A stretch of 63,215 nucleotides of DNA, the filler included, from Octopus bimaculoides (lineage: Eukaryota): the NCBI RefSeq assembly GCF_001194135.2. It is 4 parts of 4 records of this genome, joined end to end, with 100 filler letters (N's around TTAATTAATTAA, not from the genome) between each part and the next. Parts side by side here need not be neighbours in the genome. Positions count along the whole stretch, not along the records: positions 31,008 to 56,913 come from NC_068983.1; positions 57,014 to 59,423 come from NW_026380388.1; positions 59,524 to 63,215 come from NW_026315416.1; 1 more part is not named here. The stretch is one strand, 5' to 3'. Position numbers and translations under genes: made by a program. Shown in pieces: positions 51,694 through 63,215 of this stretch (positions within the stretch are counted from its first letter, which is position 1; the number at the start of each line of letters is the position of its first letter). The notes beneath the pieces are model-generated. The model saw only the letters and a program-made list of their open reading frames with translations, had not been told where the DNA came from and searched no databases.

Positions 51694-52122
51694 GTCTTTT
51701 CTGCTCTAGGTACAAGGCCTGAAATTTTTGGGGAAGGGGCCAGTCGATTAGATTGTATCAGTTGATTAGACTGGTACTTAATTTATCAACTCCAAAAGGA
51801 TGAAAGGCAGAGTCGACCTCGGTGGAATTTGAACTCAGAACATAAAGACAGATGAAATACCACTAAGCATTTTGCCTGATGTGCTAACGTTTCTTATTTC
51901 TTTATTGCCAACAAGGGCTAAACATAGAGGGGACAAACAAGGACAGACAAAGGGATTAAGTCAATTACATCGACCCCAGTGCGTAACTGGTACTTAATTT
52001 ATCGACCCCGAAAGGATGAAAGGCAAAGTCGACCTCGGTGGAATTTGAACTCAGAACGTAAAGACAGACGAAATACCACTAAGCATTTTGCCCGACGTGC
52101 TAATGTTTCTGCCAGCTCACCG
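51694..52122 (-). mobile_element. Head-to-tail dimer of SINE family B carrying the two alternative 3' tails
   Basis: 51694-51893 has the cccccaaaatttc-type tail and lacks the extreme head. 51894-52122 is complete with the gtcccctctatgtttagcc tail. Confidence 0.85.
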
Positions 52123-52581
52123 CTCTCCCCTTGTTTTGATATTGCATGATTGCTGTAAATGAATTTCATTCATTCACAATATCATGCAAAAGCATGTCTC
52201 TCCAAGGGGAAATATTATCTTACTTGAAAGCAGGGGAGAATATTTGTTAGTTTGAGAACTACTGAACTAAAAGTATAATATATCACATATAACAAAGGAA
52301 CACACCATGCAGGGAAATTCATGTAAATAATGAATTTTACATTATACATCATCATTCAACCATTAGTTTAGAATATGTCTTCTACCCTAAAATTAAACAT
52401 GTGTTTTCTACCATAAGCTTAAACGTATCTCCTACCATAATCTTGATCATGTGTTTTCTTCCATAACCTTGGAAATGTGTCTTCTACAATAGTTTGATCA
52501 TGCTTTCTACAAAAATCTTGGTCATGTGTCTGCTGTATGAACTTAGACAAAGACTGAAAGATAAAGTTCTTTCCCTGAGTC

Positions 52582-52807
52582 ATATAGAATTATAGGGCCA
52601 GTTTCCCGAATTCTCTGGTGTATATAATTGCCTCTGGATGAGATACCAGTCTGTTGTAGGAATATCCACTTTTGCCAGCTGAGTGAATTGGTGCAATGTA
52701 GAATGAAGTGTTTTGCTCAAGAACACAGTGCTTCCCTGGTCTAGGAATTGAAAGCAAAATCTTACAGTCAAGGGTCTTATACCTTAACCACTAACTACAC
52801 ACCTCCA
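52582..52807 (-). mobile_element. tRNA-derived SINE family C, diverged
   Basis: Minus head ggaggtgtgtagttagtggttaagg...; shares ttttgccagctgagtg block. Confidence 0.7.
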
Positions 52808-53137
52808 CCATGTGTCCAAGAATATGATAGAAGTCACATTACAAGATTATGGAAGAAGACACGTGTCAAAGGCTGTGGTTAAAAACAAATTCTGAGGCCA
52901 TGGAAAAGGACACTTGTTTAAGGTTATGGTTGAAGACATGTAGCCAAGGATATGGTAGGAAACACACAAACAAGACTATTGTGGAAGACACATGACCTAG
53001 GTTATGGTAGAAGATACAATACATGGCCAAGATTATTGTAGAAGATATATGACCAAAGTTATGGTAGAATATACATCTCCAAGGATAAGTAAAAAAAACA
53101 TATATGTGGTCGATGACACATGTCTATGGTTATGGTA

Positions 53138-53708
53138 GAGTGATCACTAGTGATGGTGACATTATGCCTCCATTCATCTTCTAACATGGTCTCAGACTCA
53201 ACACAGAGCCTACATCAAGTGCCTGGAAGAGAAGTGCTACCCTGAGTCAAGAGGGTGTCAACAGGTCTTTGGCAACAGGACTCTGCACCATGTCACACAA
53301 GCAGGAAAGCCCAATCATGGCTGTCATACAATTTCTGCGACCACATCACACCTGACATCTGGCCACCTAGCTCCCCAGACTGCAACCCCCTTGATTATTA
53401 TGAGTGGGGATACAGTTCATCAAGAGACTAGCAAAACTCCTTGTAACACCAAAGTTGAACTGAAGGCAAGGATTATGGCAGCATTCACCAACTTAGACAA
53501 GGAGACCATCCAAGAAGAGTTGCAGGAGATTCTGAAGTCTTCTGGAGGCAATTGTTGAAGCCGATGGTGATTATATTGAATAAATTTACTCTTTAGTATT
53601 TCAAAATATTTTTATGTAATTTTGGTAAGTATATCTGTTAAAATGAAATGTCAGTGTTATTTTCATTTACGCATAAGTTAGACGACAGTTTATTCACCGC
53701 ACACTGTA
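53138..53708 (+). mobile_element. maT (DD37D) Tc1/mariner transposon, 3' half
   Basis: WQQDSAPCHTSRKAQSWLSYNFCDHITPDIWPPSSPDCNPLDY has 37 residues between the second and third catalytic Asp. Right terminus ...tattcaccgcacactg+TA. Confidence 0.9.
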
Positions 53709-54052
53709 TATAGAAAATCAGCATATGATTCCTATGATAATATTCTAAAATGACAAGGTGAGTTGAGGTGAGTTGAGTTTAACCCTAGATGCTAGGTGAG
53801 AGTCACTGAAGAGCATTAATATAAATGCAAAATCACTGTGATCTGGTTATTCCTAGGTACTGAGGGAGCTTGCCTCTCTTGTCAGTCATTAAGATAAGTT
53901 CTTTTAACTCTTATTTCTAGCAATACTGGTGCTGACTAGTGGCCTCAGTCACTTTAGTGACGTATATATGTATGTATATATGTATGTATATATGTATATA
54001 TATTCGTTTTGCAAGATTCTCGATGTGAAATCATATGTTGAAACAGATATTG

Positions 54053-54147
54053 TTGTATTTGGGGATGGTCATGTTGCCAGTTTAGCCAATATATAGTGCG
54101 TGTGTTTTTATTGGCTAAACTGGCAACATGACCATCCCCAAATACAA
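54053..54147. repeat. Perfect 39-bp inverted repeat (17-nt loop) between 47-bp direct repeats (53987-54033, 54149-54195)
   Basis: Seen directly; abuts an N gap, so it may be an assembly artefact. Confidence 0.85.
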
Positions 54148-54229
54148 ATATATATGTATATATATTCGTTTTGCAAGATTCTCGATGTGAAATCANNNNN
54201 NNNNNNNNNNNNNNNNNNNNNNNNNNNNN

Positions 54230-54268
<39 letters not shown>

Positions 54269-54824
54269 CATACACATGTATGCCTATATATACTGGCTGC
54301 TTAATGAAGTGCTCAAGGCTGAAGTTAGTTTATTAATAAAATTAGCAGCAAGATTTATGGATATTACCATTTGAGAAAAGTGACAGATATAGCAATTACT
54401 CAACATGGCATGGGTATGTTGACTGTGTGTGTTTGTGTATGGCTATATGTGGTATATATGTAGGCATGTGTGTGTATGTATGCACATATACATGTATGTG
54501 TGTGTACGAATACATATAATAAAAGTGTAGATAAGGAATAAGCCATGTATATATATATATATACAGACACTTACATATACATAATTATATTCATACTTAT
54601 ATATCTATATGCACCTCTCCTCTTTTCTCTTTCTTTCACTTGCTCTTTCTCTCTTGCTGTACATAGATTCATGCCTATACACACATATATAAATATATAT
54701 ATACATACATTTATGTGCGTATATATGTATATTCGTTTTACTCCATTCAATAAATTTATATATATATATATATATGCATATTTATATCTCTATCTATATA
54801 TGTGTACATATATATATATATCAA

Positions 54825-55100
54825 CATCATCATTGTTTAACGTCTGCTTTCCATGCTAGCATGGGTTGGACGATTTGACTGAGGACTGGCAAGCCAGAAG
54901 GTTGCACCAGGCACCAATCTGATCTGGCAGAGTTTCTACAGCTGGACGCCCTTCCTAACACCAACCACTCCGAGAGTGTAGTGGGTGCTTTTACGCGCCA
55001 CTGGCACGAGGGCCAGTCATACGGTACTGGCAATGGCCATACTCATAAAGGTGTTTTTTACGTGCCACCTGCACAGGAGCCAGTCCAGCGGCACTATGAT
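54825..55100 (-). mobile_element. RTE-tailed retroposon copy (same family as 434-773)
   Basis: catcatcattgtttaacgtctgctttccatgctagc...gcacaggagccagtcc. Confidence 0.88.
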
Positions 55101-55864
55101 GGGTAAATTCTCCCCATTTTATATTTTTAATTTCGTGCATGCGCATTGTTTGTATTTGATCTTGTCAACTATATACTATAGTAGGGTCAGTTGGACACCA
55201 TCTGTGAGAAAAACAGCACTATGATGCAATTCACTTTACAGAAATTTGGAAACAATATGCTGTACTGCTTGGCATTCACACCTGAAGCTCCAATATGGAC
55301 ATATCAGAGTATTTGTGTGTTAATCTAAGGACAGTGCAATCTGAGGACATGTACTAAGAGCGATAAAAATTAAACATCCAGTTAACATCATGATATTTGG
55401 AGTGGTCACTAGTGATGGTGACATTATACCTTCATTCATCTTCCCTCATGGCCTCAGACTCAACACAGAACCTACATCAACTGCCTGGAGGAGGAGTGCT
55501 GCCCTGGGTCAAGAGGGTATCAAAAGGACTCTGCACCATGCCACACAAGCAGGAGAACCCAGACATAGTTGTCGGACAATTTCTGTAACCACATCACACC
55601 TGACATCTGGACTCCTAACTCCTCGGACTGCAACCCCCTTGATTATTATGTATGGGGTGCAATTGAGCAAAAGACCAGCGAAACTCCTTGTAACAGAAAA
55701 GATGAACTGAAGGTTAGGATTATGGTAGCATTCACCAACTTAAACAAGAAGCATGTCCAGAAGAGCTGCAGGAGATTTTTACATAGATTTTGGTAAATGC
55801 ATCTGTTAAAATGAGATGTCATTGCATAATTTATATGGCAGTTTATTCACTGCACCCTGTGTAT
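55101..55864 (+). mobile_element. Second maT (DD37D) remnant, internally deleted
   Basis: MIFGVVTSDGDIIPSFIFPHGLRLNTE and WTPNSSDCNPLDYYVWG...ELKVRIMVAFTNLNK; right end gtttattcactgcaccctgtgta; homologous to 53138-53708. Confidence 0.85.
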
Positions 55865-55865
55865 A

Positions 55866-56143
55866 TCATCATCATCATCATTGTCGTTTAACGTCCACTT
55901 TCCATGCTAGCATGGGTTGGACGATTTGACTGAGGACTGGTGAACCAGATGGCTACACCAGGCTCCAATCTGATTTGGCAGAGTTTCTACAGCTGGATGC
56001 CCTTCCTAATGCCAACCACTCTGAGAGTGTAGTGGGTGCTTTTACGTGCCACTGGCATGAAGGCCATTTAGGTGGTACTGGCAACAGCCACGCTCAAAAT
56101 GGTGTATTTTACGTGCCACCTGCACAAGAGCCAGTCCAGCGGC
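55866..56143 (-). mobile_element. RTE-tailed retroposon copy (same family as 434-773)
   Basis: Same MAEFLQLDALPNANHSESVVGAFTCH shadow ORF; (ATC)n tail. Confidence 0.88.
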
Positions 56144-56860
56144 AACATGCATATATGGATACAGGATGTCACCAATGGTGCAAATAACATGAAATACGTA
56201 AACAACAAGGAAAAATGGAAAACAGGACAGTAAACACAGAGAAAGGACTCTTCATCAGTTGTCGGCTGTCTATCTACTCTTCATTTCAAGCATTCAACGA
56301 CAATATGAGTCTTCGGAGACAGTTACTCCCATAAATTCTAGAATAAAATTTAGGATTTATGGAGGGTCAAAGTTGGGAGCAAAAAATGATAGTGGAGACA
56401 TACAAAGAAACTGAATGAAAACAAACATGAAGGGGTCATATACACATATATATATGTATATATATATATGATTGTGTTTACCAATGCATACATACACTAA
56501 TACACATGCATACTAACATACACAGATACATTCATACATACATACATACATACATACATACACACACATACACACACACACTTACACACACACACACACA
56601 CACATGTATATAGACACACACACATATGTACATGTACACATCAGTGTACGCATACTGCACTTCTCCACCGAGAGAAACATTTATATATGGAACATAGGAA
56701 AACGTCAGAGAAAGCACCATAGAATATTGATTGAGGCAGTCTTGTAACTAGTATATTGTCCATATCATTATTGCCACCTTCATAAGCCCTGCAACCATCT
56801 CTGCAACCACCATTACAGTTACCTAATCATCACTGCTACTACTATTTCAATGCCTGGAGA

Positions 56861-56913
<53 letters not shown>

Positions 56914-57426
56914 NNNNNNNNNNNNNNNNNNNNNNNNNNNNNNNNNNNNNNNNNNNNTTAATTAATTAANNNNNNNNNNNNNNNNNNNNNNNNNNNNNNN
57001 NNNNNNNNNNNNNAGATAGATAGATAGATAGATTATTAGACAGACAGACGAACAGACAGACAGTCGGATGGACGGACGGACAGACAGACAGACTGATAGA
57101 CGAACGGACAGATAGATAGATAAATAGATGGATACATAGATAGGTAGAGAGATAAATAGATAGATTGATAGATAAACAAACATAAAGTATTGCAGAGATA
57201 TTTACAACGTAGAAAAGGAACTGAGCAGCACAAGGCAACAAAACACAGGTAAATACCGCAACACTATACAACAGCTAACACCTGTCCGCTATACAATCAG
57301 TTCAATCTAATCCTAGACATTGTCAATAAAGCATTGCATTCCAGTAAAAATGAAGCTCCTATGCGTTCAATCGATTACTAGAAACAGCAGCTAGAAGTTA
57401 TTTAATGACACTACAATATCTTTGGA

Positions 57427-57735
57427 GGAGGCACATGGCTTAGTGGTCAGAGTGGCGGACTCGCAGTCGAGGGATCGCGGGTTCGAATCTCAGACCGGGC
57501 GATGTATGTATTTATGAGCAAAACACCTAAGCACCACGCGGCTCCAGTAGAAAGTTATGGCGAACCTCTACTGACTCTTTCACCACAACTTTCTGTCATT
57601 CTTTCCTCCTGCATCTAGGAGCTCACTTGAGACGGACCGGCGACCCGTCCAAGTGGGGTACCTAAACACCAAAGAAACTGGGAAACCGAACCTTATGAGC
57701 CAGGCTTGGCTCAAGAAGGAACAAACAACAACAAC
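57427..57735 (+). mobile_element. tRNA-derived SINE with Nin/Deu-like central motif and (AAC)n tail
   Basis: A box TGGCTTAGTGG 57436-57446, B box GGTTCGAATCT 57480-57490; ggaccggcgacccgtccaagtgggg resembles the Deu/Nin-domain ggactagcatcccgtccagggg core (from recall). Confidence 0.75.
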
Positions 57736-57844
57736 ACAATATCTTTACTTGTCTGTCTGTTTGTCTATCTGTCTCTTTCACTCTCTCTCTCTCTTTCTTT
57801 CTCTTGCTCACTATCTATCTATCTATCTATCGATCGATCGATCT

Positions 57845-58026
57845 GTCTTTTCGTGGTTGCCCAATTTGGGAGAATCGTAAGTCTTCCTTGCGTTTAGGAG
57901 CACAGGTAGGACGGTGCTTGTGATTAGTCTGGCACGTACGGTATTGTCTAGTTTTGATTCGAACACATCCTTTATTAAGTTAAAATGCCATCCATATCCA
58001 ACAATAACTATACCCCAGTCTGTCTG

Positions 58027-58058
<32 letters not shown>

Positions 58059-59423
58059 GCGAGCAGCGACCCAAGGACCTCTCCACAAAGTCATTACAAC
58101 ACGAGAACCTGCTCATGATCCCTACGTACCTTGGTCGTAGGGTTACGAAAATAAAGATTTCGAATGTGCCTCCTGAAATTGAGGAAGAATGGCTCGTATC
58201 TGCCATATGTCTCGGNNNNNNNNNNNNNNNNNNNNNNNNNNNNNNNNNNNNNNNNNNNNNNNNNNNNNNNNNNNNNNNNNNNNNNNNNNNNNNNNNNNNN
58301 NNNNNNNNNNNNNNNNNNNNNNNNNNNNNNNNNNNNNNNNNNNNNNNNNNNNNNNNNNNNNNNNNNNNNNNNNNNNNNNNNNNNNNNNNNNNNNNNNNNN
58401 NNNNNNNNNNNNNNNNNNNNNNNNNNNNNNNNNNNNNNNNNNNNNNNNNNNNNNNNNNNNNNNNNNNNNNNNNNNNNNNNNNNNNNNNNNNNNNNNNNNN
58501 NNNNNNNNNNNNNNNNNNNNNNNNNNNNNNNNNNNNNNNNNNNNNNNNNNNNNNNNNNNNNNNNNNNNNNNNNNNNNNNNNNNNNNNNNNNNNNNNNNNN
58601 NNNNNNNNNNNNNNNNNNNNNNNNNNNNNNNNNNNNNNNNNNNNNNNNNNNNNNNNNNNNNNNNNNNNNNNNNNNNNNNNNNNNNNNNNNNNNNNNNNNN
58701 NNNNNNNNNNNNNNNNNNNNNNNNNNNNNNNNNNNNNNNNNNNNNNNNNNNNNNNNNNNNNNNNNNNNNNNNNNNNNNNNNNNNNNNNNNNNNNNNNNNN
58801 NNNNNNNNNNNNNNNNNNNNNNNNNNNNNNNNNNNNNNNNNNNNNNNNNNNNNNNNNNNNNNNNNNNNNNNNNNNNNNNNNNNNNNNNNNNNNNNNNNNN
58901 NNNNNNNNNNNNNNNNNNNNNNNNNNNNNNNNNNNNNNNNNNNNNNNNNNNNNNNNNNNNNNNNNNNNNNNNNNNNNNNNNNNNNNNNNNNNNNNNNNAT
59001 AGACCCCAACACCCTTCCCCTCCCACCCTCCGATTCCTCCGACATGTCGTCAGATGAAGATGACACAGAGGATTGGCAAGTGGTCACTGGGGAAAGAAGA
59101 AAAAGAGGAAAAAAAGAACGGAAAAACAAACAAACACACAAAGCGGGGAGGCTTACAAGCGCCGAAACCAACACATCCACAGAAAACAAAAACACCAACA
59201 CAAACGCACCAACACAGAACCCCACAACAATTTTGACAGCGATAAACACAAACAATCCAGACCTAATGAATTACATTAGGTCAAACACTAACATTACAGA
59301 AAATGACACGAAAACAAGCAATCACCCATGCACAACACAACCACAACACATCAAAATCATACACATAACACGGAGCACATACAATACACTGAAATCTCTC
59401 TACCCGGATGCAGTAGGGAGATT
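57845..59423 (+). mobile_element. Probable L1/Tx1-like non-LTR retrotransposon ORF1 remnant (mostly in gap)
   Basis: LLMIPTYLGRRVTKIKISNVPPEIEEEWLVSAIC resembles the RRM-like ORF1 segment. After the gap, an acidic then basic low-complexity region (SSDEDDTEDWQVVTGERRKRGKK) is typical of ORF1 C-termini. No RT visible. Confidence 0.55.
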
Positions 59424-59523
59424 NNNNNNNNNNNNNNNNNNNNNNNNNNNNNNNNNNNNNNNNNNNNTTAATTAATTAANNNNNNNNNNNNNNNNNNNNN
59501 NNNNNNNNNNNNNNNNNNNNNNN

Positions 59524-62500
59524 ATATTTACATACATATACAAACGAACGAACGAACGAGCGATCGAACGAACGAAAGAACGAACGTACATACGTAGGTA
59601 CGTACGTACGAACGAACGAACGTACGTATGTACGTACGCACGAATGAACGAACGAACGAACGAACGAACGAATGAACGAACGTACGTAAGTAAGTACGTA
59701 AGTAGAAACGAACGAACCAACCAACGAACGAAATTACGTATGTACGAGCGAAAGAACGAACGAACGAACGTACGTACATCGGAACAAACGAATGATCGAA
59801 CGAACGAACGAACGAATGAACGAATGAACGAACAAACGAATGAACATTTGTACGTACGTACGTCTGGACGCAGGAACGAACGTACGTACGCACGAACGAA
59901 ATAACGAATGAATGAACGAACGAAATAACGAATGAATGAACGAACGAACGAAAGAACGAACGTTCGAAAGTAAGAATGATCAAACGAACGAAGGAACGAA
60001 CGTTCGCACGTAAGAACAAGCAAACGAACGAGCGAAATTCCCTACGTACGTCCGATCGAACGAACGAACGAACGAACGAGCGTACGTACATGCGTACGGA
60101 TGGATGAAAGAAAGAACGAACGTACGTACATAAGCGCTTAAGTACGAACAAACGAACGTACGTACATAAGCGCTTAAGTACGAACAAACGAACGTACGTA
60201 CATACGAACAAACGAACTTATGAACGTACGAAGGAGCGAACGATCAAAATGACCGAACGAACGAAAGAGCGAACGAACGTACGAACAAACGAACGTACGT
60301 ACGAACGAACGAACAAACGAAAGAATGAACGTACGTACTTACGCACGTATGTACGATAGAACGAACGAACGGAAGAACGAACGTGCGTACGTAATTAAGT
60401 ATGTACGTTAGAACGAACGAACGACCGAACGAACGAATGTTCTTTCGTACGTAAGTACGACCGATGGAACGAATGAACGAACGAAAGATCGAACTACCGA
60501 ATAAACGGACGTACTTACGTACGAAAGAACGAACGAACAAACAAACGAAAGATCGTACGTAGGTACGTACGCACGTAAGTTCAAACGAACGAAGATACGT
60601 ACCCACGTACGTACGAACAAACGAACGAGCGATCGAACGAACGAAAGATGGAACGTACATACGCACGTCCGTACGTACGAACGAACAATCGAACGAACGA
60701 ACTCAAATAAGTACGTACGTACAAACGAAGAAACGAACGAACGAAGGACCGAACGTAAGAATGTACGAACGAACGAGCGAACGTAAGTCCGAACGAACGT
60801 ACGTATGTACGTACTTACGAATGAACGAACGAACGAATGAACGTTTGTACGTACGTACGTCTGGACGCAGGAACGAATGTACGTACGCAGGAACAAAATA
60901 ACGAATGAATAAACGAAAGAACGAATGTTCGAAAGTAAGAATGATCGAACGAACGAAGGAACGAACGTTCGCACGTAAGGACGGGCGAACGAACGAGCGA
61001 AATTCCCCACGTACGTACGATCGAACGAACGTACGTCCATACGTAGGAACGAACGAACGAGCGTACGTACATGCGTTCGGATGGCTGAAAGAACGAACGA
61101 ACTTACGTATATAAGCACTTAAGTACGAACAAACGAACGTACGTACATACGAACAAACGAACTTACGTACGTACGAAGGAGCGAACGATCAAAATGACCG
61201 AACGAACGAAAGAACGAACGAACGTACGAACAAACAAACGTACGTATGAATGAACGAACGAATAAAAGAATGAACGTACGTACGTATGTACGAATGAACG
61301 AACGAACGGAAGAACGAACGTGCGTACGTAATTAAGTATATACGTTAGAAAGAACGAACTAAAGAACGAACGACCGAACGAACGAACGATCTTTCGTACG
61401 TTAGTACGACCGATGGAACGAACGAACGAACGAAAGATCGAACTACCGAATGACCGGACGTACTTACGTACGTAAGAACGAACGAACGATCGTACGTAGG
61501 TACGTACGCACGTGCATAAGCACGTAAGTTCAAACGAACGAAGATACGTACCCACGTACGTACGAACAAACGATCGAACAAACGAAAGAATGAACATACA
61601 TACGTACGTCCGAACGTACGAACGAACAATCGAACGAACGAAGTCAAATACGTACGTACGTACGAACGAACGGAGGACCGGACGTAAGAATGTACGAACG
61701 AACGAGCGAACGTAAGTACGAACGAACGTACGTATGTACGTACTTACGAACGAATGAACGTACGTACGTAAGTAAGTATGTATGAAGAAACGAACGAAAG
61801 GACGAACGTACGTATGTACGAGCGAAAGAACGAACGAACGAACGAACGTACGTTCGTCCGAATGATCGAACAAACAAACAAAAGATCGTACGTAGGTACG
61901 TTCTCACGTACGTAAGCACGTAAGTTGAAAAGAATGAAGATACGTACCAACGTACGTACGAACAAACGAACGAGCGATCGAACGAAAGAACGAACAAACG
62001 AACGAAGGAAAGAACGTTCGTACGTAAGAACGATCGAACGAACGAGCGAAATTCCCTACGTACGAACGAACGTACGTTCATACGTATGATCGAACGAACG
62101 AATGTACGTACATGCGTACGGATGGATGAAAGATCGAATGAACGTACGTACTCAACTACGCATGTACGAACGAAGGAACAAAGTGAAGAACGAACATGCG
62201 TAGGTAAGTAAGCATGTACGTTCGAACGAAGGAACTAAAGAACGAAACAACGAACGACCGAACGAACGAACGAAAGGACGAACGTACGTAGGAACATTCG
62301 AACAAACGATCTTTCGTACGCACGTACGAACGAAGGAACGAACAAACTAACGAATGAACGGACGTAATTACGTACGCACGAACGGACGGACAAAGGAACG
62401 AAAGATCGTACGTAGGTACGCACGTACATACGTAAGTTCAAACGAACGAAGATACGTACCTACTTACGTACGAAAGAACGAACGTACGTACGTACGTACG

Positions 62501-63215
62501 TACGTACGAACGAACTAACGAACGAATGAAAGAACGAAAGTACGTTAGTAAGTACGAACGAACGATCGAACAAAGAACGTTCGTACGCACTTACGTAAGT
62601 ACGTACGTACGAACGATCGAACGAAGGAACGTACCTTATGTACATAAGTACAAACGAACGAACGAACAAACGAACGAAAGAACAAACGAACGAAAGAGTG
62701 AACAAACGAACGTACGTTCGTATTACAAACGATCGTACCTTCGTACGTACATACAGAAGAACGAACGAATGTACGTACGCACGTACGAACGAACGGACGA
62801 ACAAATGAACGAACGTACGTAAGTACGAACTTACGAACAAATGAATGAACGAACGAACGAACTCAGACACGTAACTACGTACGTGCAAACGAACGAACGG
62901 ACGAACGAACGTAAGAACGTACGAACGAATTAACGAACGTAAGTACGAAGGAACGAACGAACGAAAGAAAGAACGAACGAACGAGCGCACAAAAGAACGT
63001 ACGAACGAAAAAGACGTACGTAGAAACAAACGAGCGAACGAACGAGCGAACGAAGGAATGTACCTTGTGTCCGTACGTACGAACGAACGAACGAACAAAC
63101 GAACGACCGAACGAACAAACGAACGACCGAACGAACAAACGAACGACCGAACGAACAAACAAACGATCGAACGAACGAACCTGCGTACGTACGTACAAAC
63201 GAACGAACGAACGAT
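59524..63215. repeat. Complex CpG-rich satellite of AACG/TACG tetramers with ~0.95-1.0 kb higher-order repeat
   Basis: Marker motifs recur: ctggacgcagg 59864/60861; atcaaaatgaccg 60243/61188; aagttcaaacgaacgaagatacg 60577/61526/62434; gaaattccc 60034/60999/62048. Continues past the window end. Confidence 0.93.

Noticed and set aside
57427-57500. tRNA gene
   Set aside because: Has A and B boxes, but the acceptor stem does not pair and it continues into a SINE body and (AAC)n tail.
59472-63198. RSFV/NERT repeat proteins; CRISPR-like array
   Set aside because: ORFs result from stop-free tetramer repeats; there is no constant repeat with unique spacers, no cas genes, and the context is eukaryotic.

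Overview
AT-rich, microsatellite- and retroposon-dense eukaryotic DNA with many N gaps. The repeat families look like a coleoid cephalopod (Octopus-like short-read assembly); this is inferred from the repeats, not shown directly. The one clear host gene is an intronless BTG1/BTG2-like (BTG/Tob family) ORF at 6355-6993 (+). It has a compact inverted-CCAAT / half-CRE / CRE / TATA-like promoter, a ~500-nt ATG-free leader and an AU-rich 3' UTR. The rest is mostly mobile DNA: an RTE LINE fragment, a near full-length decayed R4/Dong-type (RT-CCHC-RLE) retrotransposon plus a second family stacked in (TAA)n tracts, an L1/Tx1-like ORF1 remnant, several tRNA-derived SINE families, mariner and maT (DD37D) remnants and MITEs. 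The window ends in a 3.7-kb CpG-rich AACG/TACG satellite with a ~0.95-1 kb higher-order period. The best leads are a 44-bp-stem hairpin at 49577-49685, isolated exon-like segments suggesting an unannotated spliced + strand transcript, a MITE with head-to-head telomere-like repeats, and the satellite. I cannot show a new biological system from sequence alone. Almost all other ORFs in the track are artefacts of microsatellites, gaps or antisense transposon frames.
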